A stretch of 64,000 nt of DNA from Mobula hypostoma. Its lineage: Eukaryota. Under the pieces are notes generated by a model, which did no database searches, was not told the DNA's origin, and worked only from the letters and a program-made list of their open reading frames with translations. This document shows, in pieces, positions 1-13,716 of this stretch (positions are counted from its first letter, which is position 1; the number at the start of each line of letters is the position of its first letter). The translations under genes and the position numbers were made by a program. The stretch lies in contig NC_086097.1 in assembly GCF_963921235.1 (NCBI RefSeq), positions 54,872,001-54,936,000 on the forward strand. Reading direction: 5' to 3'.

Positions 1-860
1 GGTTTAATTTTAGAGTTTTTCCTAAACAGCAGAACATTGGCTATCCTCCAATCCTCTGATACTTCACCTGTCATTAAAAATGATATAAGTATTTTTGCTA
101 GGGTCCCAGGAATTTCTGCATGCCTCCCATAGGGTCTGAGGGAACAGCTTGTTAGGCCCTGGGGATTTACCCACCCTCATTTGCCTCAGAACAGCAAACT
201 TGTAATCTGTATAGGGTCCACAAAATTGATGCAGCTTTGCGTTACTTCTATCGACTCTGTGTCTATCTCCTGAGTTGCAAAAAATGTATTTAAGATCTCC
301 CCATCTCTTTTAGCTCCTCACATGGACTGCCATTCTGATCTTCCAGAGGATCATTTTTGTCCCTCGCAGACCTTTTGCTCTTAACATATCCATAGAATCC
401 CCTGGGATTCTCCTTCACCTTGTCCGGTAGGTCAACCTCATACTTTCTTATAGCCCTTCTGATTTCTTTCTTAAGTGTTCTCTTGCAATTCTTATATTAC
501 ATAAGCATCCCATTTGTTCTTACCTGCTACGCACTTCTTATTTTCCTTAACCAGGGCCTTAATAACTCTTGAAAACCTGGTATCTTTATCTTTCATTCAG
601 ACAGGCACATATAAACTTTGTACTCTCAAAACTTCACTTGTAAAGGCTTCCCACTTACCAAGTACGCATTTGTCAGGAAACAGCCTGTCCCAATCCACAC
701 TTGCCAGATCCTCTCTGATACCATCAGAATTGGGCTTTCTCCATTTTACAGAGTCAACCAGCAGACAAGACCCTTCTTTTTGCATACGTACTTGGAAACT
801 AATGGCATTGTGATCATTAGATGCAAAGTGTTCCACTACACAATCTTCTGTCATTTTGAA
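1..860 (-). mobile_element. CR1-type LINE ORF2 fragment (endonuclease-RT linker), degenerate
   Basis: Minus ORF 597-947 contains EHFASNDHNAISF...IREDLASVDW...KWEAF, typical of CR1 ORF2. The reverse complement of 1-200 resembles the KSPGP...NVLLF region. Confidence 0.8.
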
Positions 861-1089
861 GCTTTCTACGATTAAAAACAGCAGGAACCTTTTTATGTTT
901 AAGAAAAACTGTGATAATTTGTTTATCATACTCCAAAAACTGAACACAAATGCACGGTAAACTGTACTTTATGAAATTATGTCATCATGTCAGACTAGTC
1001 TCTTTAAGTGAACCCCAACTCATTGTTGGTGGATGTGAATTATGTACACTTCCATCAATTATGTTAAGCTACACAAAACTCACATGCTA

Positions 1090-1709
1090 TGGGACATACA
1101 CTTGACAGTTGTTGTGGGGAACTTACAGGAGGAGCAGGGTAATGACTCAAAGTCTGTGACATCCACAAGCTGGCAGTCCTTAAGATTGACTAATAGTCCT
1201 TGGGCACACAGGAAATCTGCACTGACTAGAGGTCTAGCCACTTTAGCCAGGATGGTTCCATGTGTAACGTCACCTACTGAAACAGAGCATCACCCACTGT
1301 GTCCTGCAAGTCTGGATACTGCTGCCTTTGGCGGCTTCCAATGAGGTTTCCTTGCTCTTTGCCTTCTCATTAATAGATGATGCCAGCAGCACACTCACTT
1401 GAGCACCCATGTCATCCTGGAAAGCTGTCTGTAATAAATAGTGGATGTCCCTGGCTGCTGGAATCCATGATGTTCACAAACTTCTGGTGTCCTGATGCAC
1501 TGGCACTGTTGAAGCTGCAAGACGGTTAGCACTTCCCAGCATCTGTACCAAAGCAAGCGTGGTAAAAACACAGGCTTAGTGTCACCTGTTTCGCAGCCGC
1601 GAGCGCCTTCATATTGGAAGCTTTGCCGACCAGGATTATGAGGAAGAGGAATGATGCACTGCTGCCCAGCTAAGTGTAAGCTATCGGCCATTTTATTAAG
1701 TTCCCTATA
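1090..1709 (-). mobile_element. Ty3/Gypsy LTR retrotransposon gag C-terminus plus aspartic protease relic (3' half)
   Basis: Hand translation of the minus strand gives YRELNKMADSLH, LCFYHACFGTDAGKC*PSCSF (gag CxYH..FG..A.KC..PC knuckle), DMGAQVSV (decayed DTGA active site), LEAAKGSSIQT and VARPLVSADFLCAQGLLVNLK. Stops and frameshifts are present. Confidence 0.8.
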
Positions 1710-1739
1710 GACGATCTCTTGAAATCAGTATTTATAACT

Positions 1740-3056
1740 CCTGGAAATTCCTGGAACTATTGACTGCGAAAATTATACAACAATCAGTCTTATGAGTCAC
1801 ATAATAAAGATTTTGTTGAGAATTGTTCTGAGTCAAATTAAAAACAAGTTGAGGTCAGAAACTTCTAAACAGCAATATGGGTTTATTGAGGATAGAGGAA
1901 CTAGGAACGCAATTTTCATACTACGAATGCTTTCAGAAAGGGCAATTGAATATCAAAATGATGTCTTTTAATGTTTTATTGATTTCACTAAAGCATTCGA
2001 CAAAGTGCAACATGAAAAATTATTTCTAATTCTCACTAAACTAAACATTGATGGAAGGGACCAACAACTGCTTCAAAATTTATATTGGAATCAAACGACA
2101 GCGGTAAAAATTGATGATAATATAAGCAGTTGGACTAAAATTCAGAGGAATTAGACATGGATGTGTTGCCTCACTGGAATTATTTAATATCAAAAGTGAA
2201 ATGATTCTTAGATAAATAGAAGACGTAGATGGGATAAAAATTGGAGGTGTTAACATCAACATTTTAAGATATGCAGATGATACCACCCTAATAGCAAGTG
2301 CTGCAGAAGACCTAAAAATCCTCCTAGACAAAATAGTACAATCAAGCACAGATTTTAGTCTAACCATCAACAGTGAAAAAAACCAAATGTATGGTAATAT
2401 CAAAACAGCAGGATACTCCCAACTGCCAATTGTATATCAGTAACCAAGGATTGAACAAAAGACCAGCTTTAGTTACCTTGGTAGCTTTATATCACAAGAT
2501 GCTAGAAGTAAAGTAGAAATAAAAAGTAGAATTGCCATCGCCAAAACCAACTTCCAAAAAATGAAACACATTTTTACCAACAGACACATATCTATGACAA
2601 CAAGGCTGAGGCTACTAAAATGTTACATATGGTCAATCTTGCTGTATGCTTCCGAAACATGGATTATAACACCAGAACTCCAAAGAAACTTAGAAGCAAC
2701 AGAAATGTGGTTTCTTAGAAGAATGCTGAAAATATCATATAAAGATAGGGTAACTAATGAGACAGTACTCCAACGTGCCCATACAAAAAGATCTTTAATG
2801 AGAACATTAAATGAGAGGAAGCTTAAATTTCTGGGCCATGGGCCATGGAAAGGGAGAAATAGAATGTCTTACATTACAAGGCCGTATACCTGGGAAATGT
2901 GGAAGGGGAAGGCAAAGGAGAAAATATATGGACACTGTGAAAGAACTAACAGATCTAAGTGCGCGATATATCATTGACGCTGCGAGGGATAGTTCGATGT
3001 GGATAGCCATGATCGCCCAAGTGTGTAATGGGCAAGGCACATGAAGAACAAGAAGA
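1740..3056 (+). mobile_element. RTE-clade LINE, 5'-truncated RT and C-terminus
   Basis: NYTTISLMSH, QYGF...GTRNAIFILR, CFIDFTKAFDKV and LRYADD (about 2265-2282). ORF 2561-2977 reads RLLKCYIWSILLYASETW...EMWFLRRML. GAA-rich tail at 3043-3056. Confidence 0.85.
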
Positions 3057-3058
3057 GA

Positions 3059-3320
3059 GTCTATCATAGGTGCATTAGTGAGGGCTATGTGAACGTGATA
3101 CGGCATTTGCTGCATGAAGAGTTCTTTAAAAATAATACAAGGATGGTGATTTCCCAGAAGAGGCGGTATGTGATCCATTAGCTCCGATGGCTTACCCATC
3201 TTTGAGGCCGGTCAAGGAGAGTAAACAGACTCTGATAGTCCTGAAGTCTGTAAAAGGTGAGTTTTCAGCGACCGGTACTTACTGTGTTCAGGTGGGTGTT
3301 CCAGTAGACTCACCACTCAC
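3059..3320 (-). mobile_element. Ty3/Gypsy gag relic (5' half of the element at 1090-1709)
   Basis: Minus strand reads LLEHPPEHSKYRSLKTHLL...KPSELMDH..LLGNHHPCIIFKELFMQQMP..IALTNAPMID. This joins in frame to YRELNKMADSLH at 1709. Confidence 0.75.
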
Positions 3321-3339
3321 AACCATTGAGTGGTTTGTA

Positions 3340-4800
3340 ATGTAGCCCCATTACTGTGGTCATACCTTCCTTCTTTCTCATTTCCACCCATCACACCTCA
3401 CTAGACGAGTTCTCCAGTCTGCCCTGACAGAGCACCACCATGATATCTTCTCTGACTAGTAACGCCACCCCTCCTCCTTTAATCCCTCCCGCTCCCACTT
3501 CCAAAACAACTGATCCCCAGAATATTGAGCTGACAGTTCTGCCCGTCCTGCAACCAAGTCTCACTAACAGCTACAACATCATAATTCCAGGTGTTGATCT
3601 ATGTCCTGAGCTCATCTGTCTTTCCTATTGAAATATACACAGCTCAGGACACTAGTTGCACCATGCAGATCCTTTTGGTTGCTGACTTTGTCTGAGGTCT
3701 TATCAATATGTGTCTCCATAAACTCTCCACTATCTGTTCTGGCACTCTGGTTCCCATCCCCCTGTAACTCTAGTTTAAACCCCACGGTGCAGCATTAACA
3801 AACCTTCCCACTAGGATATTAGTCCTCCTCCAGTTCAGGTCAAACAGTCTTTTCCGTACAGGTTCCATCTTCCCTGGAAGAGAGCCCAGTGATCCAAAAA
3901 TCTTATGCCCTCCCTCCTACACTAAATCCATAGCCATGTGTTAAACTGCATAATCTTCCTATTTCTGGCCTCAATAGCACGTGACATGGGTAGCAATCCT
4001 GAGATCACAACCCTGGAGGTCCTGGCCTTTAACTTAGCACCTATCTCCCTGAACTCCCTTTGCAGAATCTTGTCACTCGTCCTACCATGTCAGTGGTACC
4101 TACATAGACCATGACCTCTGGCTGATCACCCTCCCACTAATGAATGCTGAGGACTCGATCTAAGATGTCCCAGACATGGAACCCAGGAGACAACATACCA
4201 TCTGGGATTCTTGTTCTCATCCACAGAACTTCCTTCCTATTCCCCTAACTAACAAATCCCCTATCACCAGAGCACATCTCTTCTCCCCACCCCCCTGCCC
4301 CCACTCCTTCTCTTCTGAGCTGCAGAGTCAGACTCAGTGCCAGACACCTGAGCTCAGAGACCTTCCCTGCTAGGTCACCCCCACCTTCTCCACCCCCGGC
4401 CCCAGCAGTATTCAACTTGGTAAATCTCTTGTTCAGGGGGATGGCCACAGGGGTACTCTGCACTGGTTGTTTATCCCCTTTCACCTTCCTCACTGTCACT
4501 CAGTCTCCTGTGTCCTGCACCTTGGATATAACTGCCTTTCTATATGTCCCATCCATCACCCCTTCCCGAATGATCCAGAGTTCATCCAGTTCCAGCTCCA
4601 ACTCCTTAACTGGGAATGCTAGAAGCAGCCGGATGCTCTTCTCGCAGGGGCAGACATCAGGGACACTGGAGGTCTCCCTGCCTTACCGCAACTTGCAGGA
4701 GGAGCATTCCACTATCTTACCTGGCAGCTACTGTCCTAACTGAGCAAGTATAAAGAAGGAAGAACATTAAACAGTGGGGGGGGGGGAGCTGGAGGAACTC
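3340..4800 (-). mobile_element. CR1-type LINE 5' region (ORF1 and start of endonuclease), degenerate
   Basis: ORF 4245-4499 (TVRKVKGDKQPVQSTPVAIPLNKRFTKL) matches the ORF1 segment at 20737-21024 of the longer CR1 copy. Confidence 0.7.
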
Positions 4801-7800
4801 CACCTCCAGCTTTTCTGCCTTCTCTCACTGAAGCCTTGAAGAGCTTAAGCCTGAAAATTTATTTGCTGTTGCCAATCAATCCCAAACGCTGACTGGCCAC
4901 TGCTCAAAGTTCCAAACTGCCGTGAGTCTCTGCCTTTTCTATTCAATCGGTGAACCTGAATGAGCTATTAGATTAGATTAGATACAACTTTATTGTCATT
5001 GTGCCGAGTACAGATACAAAGCCAATGAAATGCATTTAGCATCTGACCAGAAATGCAAGGAGTAGTGTTATTTACAAAATAACTGTGAATAAAAAAAGTG
5101 CTACAGCACACAAATATAAAAGTACTGAGACAGTACAATACGGATGCAATACTGCTTAGCGCTGTGATGAGAGGTTCAGCAGTGAGCTATGTCTCCTCAA
5201 ACTTCTGATGTCCGTTTGGGTACTGCTGTAATCACGGATACAATTCAAGTATCTTTACAAAATGCAAAGTGAATTACTTAAACAACAATGTTTAATCACA
5301 CAATACATTTCAAGCAATGTTACTCAAATGTGAAATACACAACACAAGAGGACAAAAAATATTGCTTCAGCTATGTTCCCAAAGCCATCATGAATAAATG
5401 TAACACCCTAACCAAACTGTGGCTCCCTGTGATCAGCCAGAGAGAGCAAATGAGGGGCATTAAGAACAGCAGGTCTCTTTGACAGGACATGGAGAAAATA
5501 GTAGCAGAAGGGCACCAAACTCTGCCCTAGCAGGCAGTCTCAAACCCAACCCACCTCCAACCATCCTTTGGCAAAGATTACTGGGGCTCATCAAGATCCA
5601 CCAAACTACAATGGAAATACATCATCCTTGGATTTTAAACATCTGCCTAAGAGAAAACAAAATTTTAAAGTTTCCTTAATAGCATAAAATTATTAGAAAA
5701 TATCTTGGTTGAAATCATATCTAATAATTGTATGTATTATTTTTGCTACTTCTTTTGCACGGAAAGGTTTCTGGCAACAGTGATTATTTGCCATAAAATG
5801 ATGCTGTTGGGAGTTTTGAAATGCCAGTGGTGGTCTGATACAAAGAAGACATTTGTAGAGAGCAGTTAAAACTCAACCACATTGGTGTCAGACTGGATCA
5901 ACACTACCATATTTGTGTTCCAAAATAGTAGTGCCATTATTTCTGTGAGGCTGGGTGATATCTCATACCACTTGGTGCAAATTGATCTTGTCTTCTCCTT
6001 CGGTTTCCATGGTCATCATCAAACCTCAACAAATATCTTAAGTGCATTACATTTTCAAATAGATTTTCATTGTGACAACCCCTCCTGTACTATTAAAACT
6101 CGTGTTTCCTACCTTCTTAGCAAATACCTGTTTATTTTAATATGTGAATAGTTCCTTCTTTTATGATCTAAAATGAAGATGTCCAAAAAGAAAAGAACAT
6201 AAATCACTGATTTAACTAAACCAAATTGAGAAAATTTCTGTAAAAATGCTTTTGCATTAAAGGGTGCTGTAAAAGGAATGGTGAGAACTTTAGCCTGAGG
6301 AAAGAAAATATCCTTGGAAAAAAGAATGAAGGAGAATTCCAAGGCACTGTATACATAAATTAAAAACAAGAGGTATCTAGGAAGAGGGTACAACCACTCA
6401 AGAACAAGATAGGCAATTTTCGCAGGGGGCCAGGGATGTGGGTACTTTGCATCAGAATTCAGCAAGGAAAAATACATTGGAGAGCAGTGAGATTCTAGGG
6501 CATGTTGAGATCAAGAAGGAGAAGGTTTTGGACAGTTTGAAGAACATTAAGATGCATGAGCCCCCACAGTCTGATGAGATCCATCACCAGTATATAGAGA
6601 GAGGCAAGAGAGGAGATTGCTGAGGCCTTGATAAGGATCTTTGTATCCTCTTTAACTGTAGAAGAGCTCCCAGGGGACTGGAGGATAGCCAACATTGTTA
6701 CTTTTAGAAGGGCAAAAGGAACAACCTAGGTTCTTTGATGGGCTGATCCTGAAGACATGGGATCCATGGAAATTTCAAAGTTCAAAGTAAATTTCAGACC
6801 CCATGGTTCATCCGGGGCTTGGGAAGACTCTGAATGATTTTGTGAGGACACACTCTTCCACAGTGCTTTAATAAAGTCCGTTACAACCACGATGTATTCA
6901 TTCCAACCCCCCAGATGAGTCCTTGAACGTGGCCCAGTTCACTAGCTCCAAACAATCTTGCAGCCACTCCTCTGCCTACGCGATTTGGTAAATCATATTC
7001 AAAATTTGGTTGATCTGAGAGGAAATATGGTAGTAGTGGAGAGTTTTCATTCTGACTGGAGGTGCAAAAACCTTAGGCACATGTGTATATATAGTGAGGG
7101 AGCCTAGGATTTTTGCACAGTACTGTATTTGCCAACGTGGAGCAGACAGCAGAGTTGGGAATGGTGAGGGTGGAGTGCTGTGGGTGTGGTGCAGGACAGA
7201 TAGCAGAGAAGGAGTGCTGGGGTGCAGAAACACACAGCCCTGAGTCATCAGGCAAGGTCATTTAAGTCCAAACAGTTGGTTTACTGATTGTTACAGAATG
7301 TCTCTCTGGTGCTTCCTGCTCCCCTCCTTTCCTTTCCCCTATTCCCAACCATGATTCCCCTCTCCCTGACCTCTTCCCACTTTCAGTCCACAGTAGAGAC
7401 CCATATCAGAATCAGGTTTATCATCACTCACATAGTCAAGAAATTTGTTATTTTTTGCTGCAGCAGGACAGTGCAATACATAAAATTACTAAAGTACCTG
7501 CGCAAAAGTCTTGGGTACCCTAGTTTTTTATATGTACCCAAGACTCTTGCATAGGACTGAGTACATATAAATGATTTGGGAGGTGGGCTGATCAAAGTGA
7601 GGAAGGTTATCAAATGATATGCAGGATATAGATCAGTTGGAAAATGGGTGGAGATATAGCAGATGGTGTTCAATTTAGGCAAGTGAGAGGTTTTTGGGAA
7701 GTTAAATACAAGAAGGAAGAATACAGTAAATGACAAGACCCTTAGATGCACTGATGCACAAAGAAAACATAGGGTGTAAGTCCACAGCACTCAGAAAGTA

Positions 7801-8149
7801 GCAACAGATGCTGAGAGGATGGTGAAGAAGATGCATGGTATACTTACCTTTACTGGTCGGGAACTCAAGTTGGAGCTTTGTTAAACCTTTGAGCCACATT
7901 TGAGTGTTGTGTGTAGATCTGGTTTGTGCATGACAGGAAAGATATGGAGGCTTTCGAGAAGATATAGAAGAGGTTCACCAGGATGTTACCTAGATGAGAA
8001 GGAAAACTTGGTGCTTTAAAGGCTGAGGAACAACCAGATCAAAGTATATAAAATTCTGTGAGATCTAGATAGGTCAGCTCAAAAGTACATGCAGACTGCA
8101 ACGATCAAAGTTCTGAAGAAGAAGAGTATCTGGTAGTTTTGTGAGCTGT

Positions 8150-9638
8150 CTTCAACATATCGCCATTGGTTGTTGGTGCCATCCCAGGTCGAGTACTCAG
8201 GGAGCGTGCACACCAACTCACTGACATCTTCAAAACTTCACCATTCCAAGCTGTTGTCCCCACATCCTTTAAATCAGCCACAATTATCCCTGTACCAATG
8301 AACTGTACACCTTCAAAATTAAACAACTACTATCTGATGGCACTTACACCAATCATTATGAAGTGCTTTGAACAGCTGATAATGGCAACTATCAAAAACT
8401 CCATTCCTGCCACATTGGACAGTAACCAATGTGTTCACTGACAGAACCACTCTATGACAGATGCCATAGCACATGTCATGCATCTGGCCTTGACACACCT
8501 AGAAAACAAGGGCACTTATGTCAGAATGCTGTTTCTGGATTTCAGTTTAGTATTCAACACTGTTGTTCCACAGACCTTGGTAAACAAACTCCTACTCCTC
8601 AGTCTAAATATACCACTGAGCAACTGGGTGTTGGAATTCCTAATGAGCAGACCTTAGATAGTCAGGATGCAGAACCACTCCTCCCTCCCCATCGTCCTCA
8701 ACACAGGCCATGCTGTGCGTTCTTCTCACACATGACTGTATAGCCTAACACCCGAGAAATCACATCGTCAATGACACGACACGTGGTGGGGCTCATCACC
8801 AACAATGATGAGATGGCCTACAAAGAGGAGGTAGAAGATCTCGAGGCCTGGTGCCAGGCAAATAACTGCTTCATTAATGTCAACAAGACAAAGGAAACGG
8901 TTATTGACTTCAGGAAAACTCAGGGCACTCACATCCCGTTTTACATCGGCGACACAGCAGTGGAAGATGCAAGCGGTTTTAAACTGCTGGGAGCACACAT
9001 CTCGCACAACCTCTCAAGGTCCCAGAACATATTCTGCACAACACAGAAAGCTCGCCAATGTCTGATTCTGAGGAGGCCGAAGAGAGCTGGACTTTGCACA
9101 TCCATACTCACATCATTCTATAGCACGCAGTAGAAAGCATCCTGACAAGCTGCTTCACTGCTTGGTATGGAAACTGCACTGCGACAGACAGGAAAGCTCT
9201 ATAGCGGGTAGACAAAACTGCCCAATGCAACAGAGGCACCAGCCTATGCACCATCAAAGACATACAGTATATACAGAAAAATGCTGGGAAAATGCCAGTG
9301 ACATCATGAAGGATCTCTCCCACTCTCTTCATGGACTTTTTGTCCCACTCCCATCAGGGAGAAGGCCACACAGCATTCATGCCAGGACCACCAGACTCAA
9401 AAACAGTCACTTCCCCCAAGCAGTAACACCTCCACCCACTAACACCACCACTACCTTCCCATTTTCTCTCAGTCACTTTATCAATCTATGTATCTTATGT
9501 AGTTATATTTATTGTGTTTGTAAAATATTATTGTGTACTGTATGGGTTTTTTGTGTTATATTGGATCCAGAGTAACAATTATTTCATTCTTCCTACACTT
9601 GTGCACAGGAAATGACATTAAACAATCTTGAATCTTGA
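8150..9638 (+). mobile_element. Rex1/Babar-type LINE RT and 3' end, degenerate
   Basis: [57 protein letters not shown] and PLPSGRR...RTTRLKNS. Short tandem tail AATCTTGAATCTTGA at about 9624-9638. Confidence 0.85.
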
Positions 9639-9779
9639 GTAAAAAGGAGTTACTTAAGCTGACTTAAACATGGATAAATCCCCAGGACTGCATGGGATTC
9701 ATCCTTAGCTGTTACTGAAGGCAAAGAAAAAGAATGCTGGCGCACCGGCTGAAATTTTTAAATCTTCACTGGACATAAG

Positions 9780-10455
9780 GCTGGAATTTCTGGAAGCAAT
9801 TGGAAGGCACAAGATATGTACATCCCAAAGAGGAAGATGTATTCCAAAGGCATGATGACACAGCCATGGCTAACATGGGAAATCAAAGCCATCATAAAAG
9901 CCAAAGAAAGGGCATATAATAGAGCCAAAATTAGTGGGAAATTAGAGGATTGGGAAGTTTTTAAAAACCAACAGAAGGCAACCAAGAAGGTCATTACGAA
10001 GGTAAAGATGGAATACGAAAGTAAGCTAGCCAATAATATTGAAGAGGATACCAAAAGTTTCTTCAGATATATAAAGTGCAAAAGAGAGGCAGGGTGGATA
10101 TCGGACCATTGTAAAATGATGCCGGAGAGGTAGTAATAGAGGACAAGGAAATGGCAGATGAACTGTAGATGTATTTTGCATCATTCTTCACTGTGGAAGA
10201 CACTAGCAGTATGGTGGAATTTCCAGGTGTGAGGGGTCATTCTGTGTGAAGTTAATAATAAGAGAGATAGCCCTTGAGAAATTGAAAGGTCTGAAGGTCG
10301 ACAAGTCACCTGGACCAGATGATGTAGAACCCAAGGTTCTGAAAGAGCTGACTGAAGATATTGTGGAGATGTTAGTAATGATCTTTCAAGAATCACTAGA
10401 TTCTGGAATGGTTCTGCAAGACTGGAAAATTGCAAATATCAGACCACTCTTCAAA
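9780..10455 (+). mobile_element. Older CR1 LINE ORF2, 5' part (interrupted by a younger CR1)
   Basis: QPWLT.EIK..IKAKERAY...KSFFRYIK, then LKVDKSPGPD...DWKIANIRPLFK, ending at about 10455. Confidence 0.85.
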
Positions 10456-11757
10456 GTCAGCATGGATTTGTGAAAGGAAAATCATGTCTGACGAATCTCA
10501 TAGAATTTTTTGAGGATGTAACTAGTAGAGTGGATAGGAGAGAACCAGTGGATGTGGTATATTTGGATTTTCAAAAGGCTTTTGACAAGGTCCCACACGG
10601 ATTAGTGTGCAAACTTAAGCACACAGTATTGGGGGTAAGGTATTGGTGTGGGTGGAGAATTGGTTAGCAGACAGGAAGCAAAGAGTGGGAGTAAACGGGA
10701 CCTTTTCAGAATGGCAGGCGGTGACTAGTGGGGTACCGCAAGGCTCAGTGCTGGGACCCCAGTTGTTTACAATATATATTAATGACTTGGATGAGGGAAT
10801 TAAATGCAGCATCTCTATGTTTGCAGATGACACGAAGCTGGGTGGCAGTGTTAGCTGTGAGGAGGATGCTAAGAGGATGCAGGGTGACTTGGATAGGTTG
10901 GGTGAGTGGGCAAATTCATGGCAGATGCAATTTAATGTGGATAAATGTGAAGTTATCCACTTTGGTGGCAAAAATAGGAAAACAGATTATTATCTGAATG
11001 GTGGCCGATTAGGAAAAGGGGAGGTGCAACGAGACCTGGGTGTCATTATACACCAGTCATTGAAAGTGGGCATGCAGGTACAGCAGGCTGTGAAAAAGGC
11101 GAATGGTATGCTGGCGTTTATAGCGAGAGGATTCGAGTACAGGAGCAGGGAGGTACTACTGCAGTTGTACAAAGACTTGGTGAGGCCACACCTGGAGTAT
11201 TGTGTGCAGTTTTGGTCCCCTAATCTGAGGAAAGACATCCTTGCCATAGAAGGAGTACAAAGAAGGTTCACCAGATTGATTCCTGGGATGGCAGGACTTT
11301 CATATGAAGAAAGACTGGATGAACTGGGCTTGTACTCGTTGGAATTTAGAAGATTGAGGGGGGATCTGATTGAAACGTATAAGATCCTAAGGGGATTGGA
11401 CAGGCTAGATGCAGGAAGATTGTTCCCGATGTTGGGGAAGTCCAGAACGAGGGGCCACAGTTTGAGGATAGAGGAGAAGCCTTTTAGGACCGAGATTAGG
11501 AAAAATTTCTTCACACAGAGAGTGGTGAATCTGTGGAATTCTCTGCCACAGGAAACAGTTGAGGCCAGTTCATTGGCTATATTTAAGAGGGAGTTAGATA
11601 TGGCCCTTGTGGCTACGGGGGTCAGGGGGTATGGAGGGAAGGCTGGGGCGGGGTTCTGAGTTGGAGGATCAGCCATGATCATAATAAATGGCGGTGCAGG
11701 CTCGAAGGGCCGAATGGCCTACTCCTGCACCTATTTTCTATGTTTCTATGTTTCTAT
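10456..11757 (+). mobile_element. Young 5'-truncated CR1 LINE (RT plus C-terminus)
   Basis: Uninterrupted 338-aa ORF 10643-11659 with GVPQGSVLGP, FADDTK, LVRPHLEYCVQFWSP and SLEFRRLRGDLIE. (TTTCTATG)n tail at about 11735-11757. Confidence 0.95.
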
Positions 11758-13100
11758 AAACTAGTTAGTCTGACCTCACTGGTTGGGAAGATAGTGAATT
11801 CAATTATTAAAGATGAGGTCTCAGGGTACTTAGAGGCACAGGATAAAATAGGTCATAGTCAGCATTGTTTCCTGACAAATCTGTTGGAATTTTTTGAAGA
11901 AGTAACAAACAGTTTAGACAAAGGAGCATTGGTTGATGCTGTGCACTAGGATTTTCAGAAAGCCTTTGACAAGGTGCCACACACATGACACTGCTTATCA
12001 AGCAATGAGCCTATGGTATGACAGGAAAGATTCTAGCATGAATAAAGCAGTAGCTGATTGGCAGGAGGCAAAGAGTGGAAATAAAGGGAGCCTTTTCTGG
12101 TTGGCTGCTGGTGACTAGTGGTGTTCCAAACGGGTCTGAGTTGGGACAGATTCTTTTTATGTTATACGCCAATGATTTGTTTGATGGAATTGATGGCTTT
12201 GTTGCAAAGTTTACGGATGATATAAAGATAGGTGGAGGGACAGGTACTGTTGAAGAAGTAGAGAGACTACAGAAGGACTTAGACAGATTAGGAGAATGGG
12301 TAAAGAATGGCAGATGGAATACAGTGACAGGAAGTGTATGGTCATGCACTTAGGTAGAAGAAATGAAAGGGTTGACTAATTTCTAAATGAAGAGGAAATA
12401 TAAAAATCTGAGGTACAAAGGGACTTGGGAGTATTTATACAGGATTCCCGAAAGGTTAATCTGCAGGTTGAGTCTGTGGTGAGGAAGGCAAATGTAATGT
12501 TGGTATTCATTTCGAGAGGATGTAAATATTGAAACTTTACAAAGCACCAGTGAGGCCTCATTTGGAGCATTGTAAGCAGTTTTGGGCCCCTTATCTTAGA
12601 AGGAATATACTGAAACTGGAGAAGGTTTAAAGGAGGTTCACAAATATGATTCCAGGATTGAATGGTTTGTCACAGGAAGAACATTTGATGGCTCTGGGCC
12701 TGTATTCGCTGGAATTCAAAAGAATGAGGGTTGACCTCATCGAAACCTATGGAATGTTGAAAGGCCTCAATAGAGTGGATGTGGAGAGGATATTTCCTAT
12801 GATGGGAGAGTCCAAGACCAGAGGGCACAGCCTCAGAATAGATGGGCATTCTTTTAGAACAGAGATGAGGAGGAATTTCTTCAGCCAGAGAGTGGTGAAT
12901 CTGTAGAATTCTTTGCCACAGGTGGCTACGGAGGGCAAGTCTTTATATATGTTTAAGGCAGAGGTTGATAGATTTTTGATTGGACAGGGCATGAAGGGAT
13001 ACGGGGGAAGGCAGGAGATTGAGAGAAAATTGGATCAGCCATGATGAAATGGCAGAGTAGACTCGATGACCAAATGGCCTAATTCTGCTCCTATATCCAA
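11758..13100 (+). mobile_element. Older CR1 LINE ORF2, 3' part
   Basis: Resumes at YKLVSLTSLVGK, the NYRPVSLTS motif expected after PLFK at 10455. GVPNGSELGQ, FTDD and a CR1 3' UTR follow, with many stops. Confidence 0.85.
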
Positions 13101-13434
13101 TGAGGTGCCAGATGACCAGAGGACAGCAAAGATGGGCTCTCTTTTCAAGAAAACCTGGTTAACTATAGACTTGGGAAAAAAATGCTGAGGGAGAGGATTA
13201 ATGATTACTTGGAAAGGCAGGAACTAATCGGAGATAGCCACCATAGCTTTGACAAGGACAGGTGACATCTGACTAATTTGATAAAATTCTTTGATGTTCT
13301 ATCAAAGTGTTTTGATGAGAGCAGGGCAGTAGATGTGATTTACATGGACCTTAGCAAGGCTTTTGACAAGGTCCCACATGGGAGAGTGGTTCGGAGGTAA
13401 GGACCCATGACAGAAAGAGCATGGGGATCAGCTA

Positions 13435-13625
13435 GGTAGTACGGTAGTAGTTAGTGCAATGAGTTCATAGCAATCACCAATCATTGTTCGATTTTCACTG
13501 CTGACTGTAAAGAGTTTGTACATTCACCCTGTGACTACATTGGTTCCCTGCAGATGGTCCAATTTCCTCCCACATTTCAAAGATGTATGGTTGGGGTTGG
13601 GGTTAGTGATTTGTGGACATGTGAT
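13435..13625 (+). mobile_element. V-SINE (HE1-like) relic
   Basis: Core GAGTTTGTACATTC.CCCTGTGAC...TTTCCTCCCACA resembles the conserved V-SINE central domain. Similar cores lie at about 24300-24480 (-) and 46025-46100 (+). Confidence 0.55.
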
Positions 13626-13716
13626 TTTGGTGATTTCTTGCATAGATTGGTGCTCAGACTTTTTCTGCAATATACATGAATGACTTGGAAATGGACCTGG
13701 AATGCATGATCAGTAC

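Noticed and set aside
10643..11659. 338-aa reverse transcriptase ORF as a domesticated gene or retron-like system
   Set aside because: It is a 5'-truncated CR1 ORF2 with a typical 3' UTR and tail, and a near-identical copy lies at 61875-62820.
10990..11682. 230-aa minus-strand ORF, and similar ORFs at 61940-62875
   Set aside because: Antisense frame of CR1 ORF2 with no independent gene signals.
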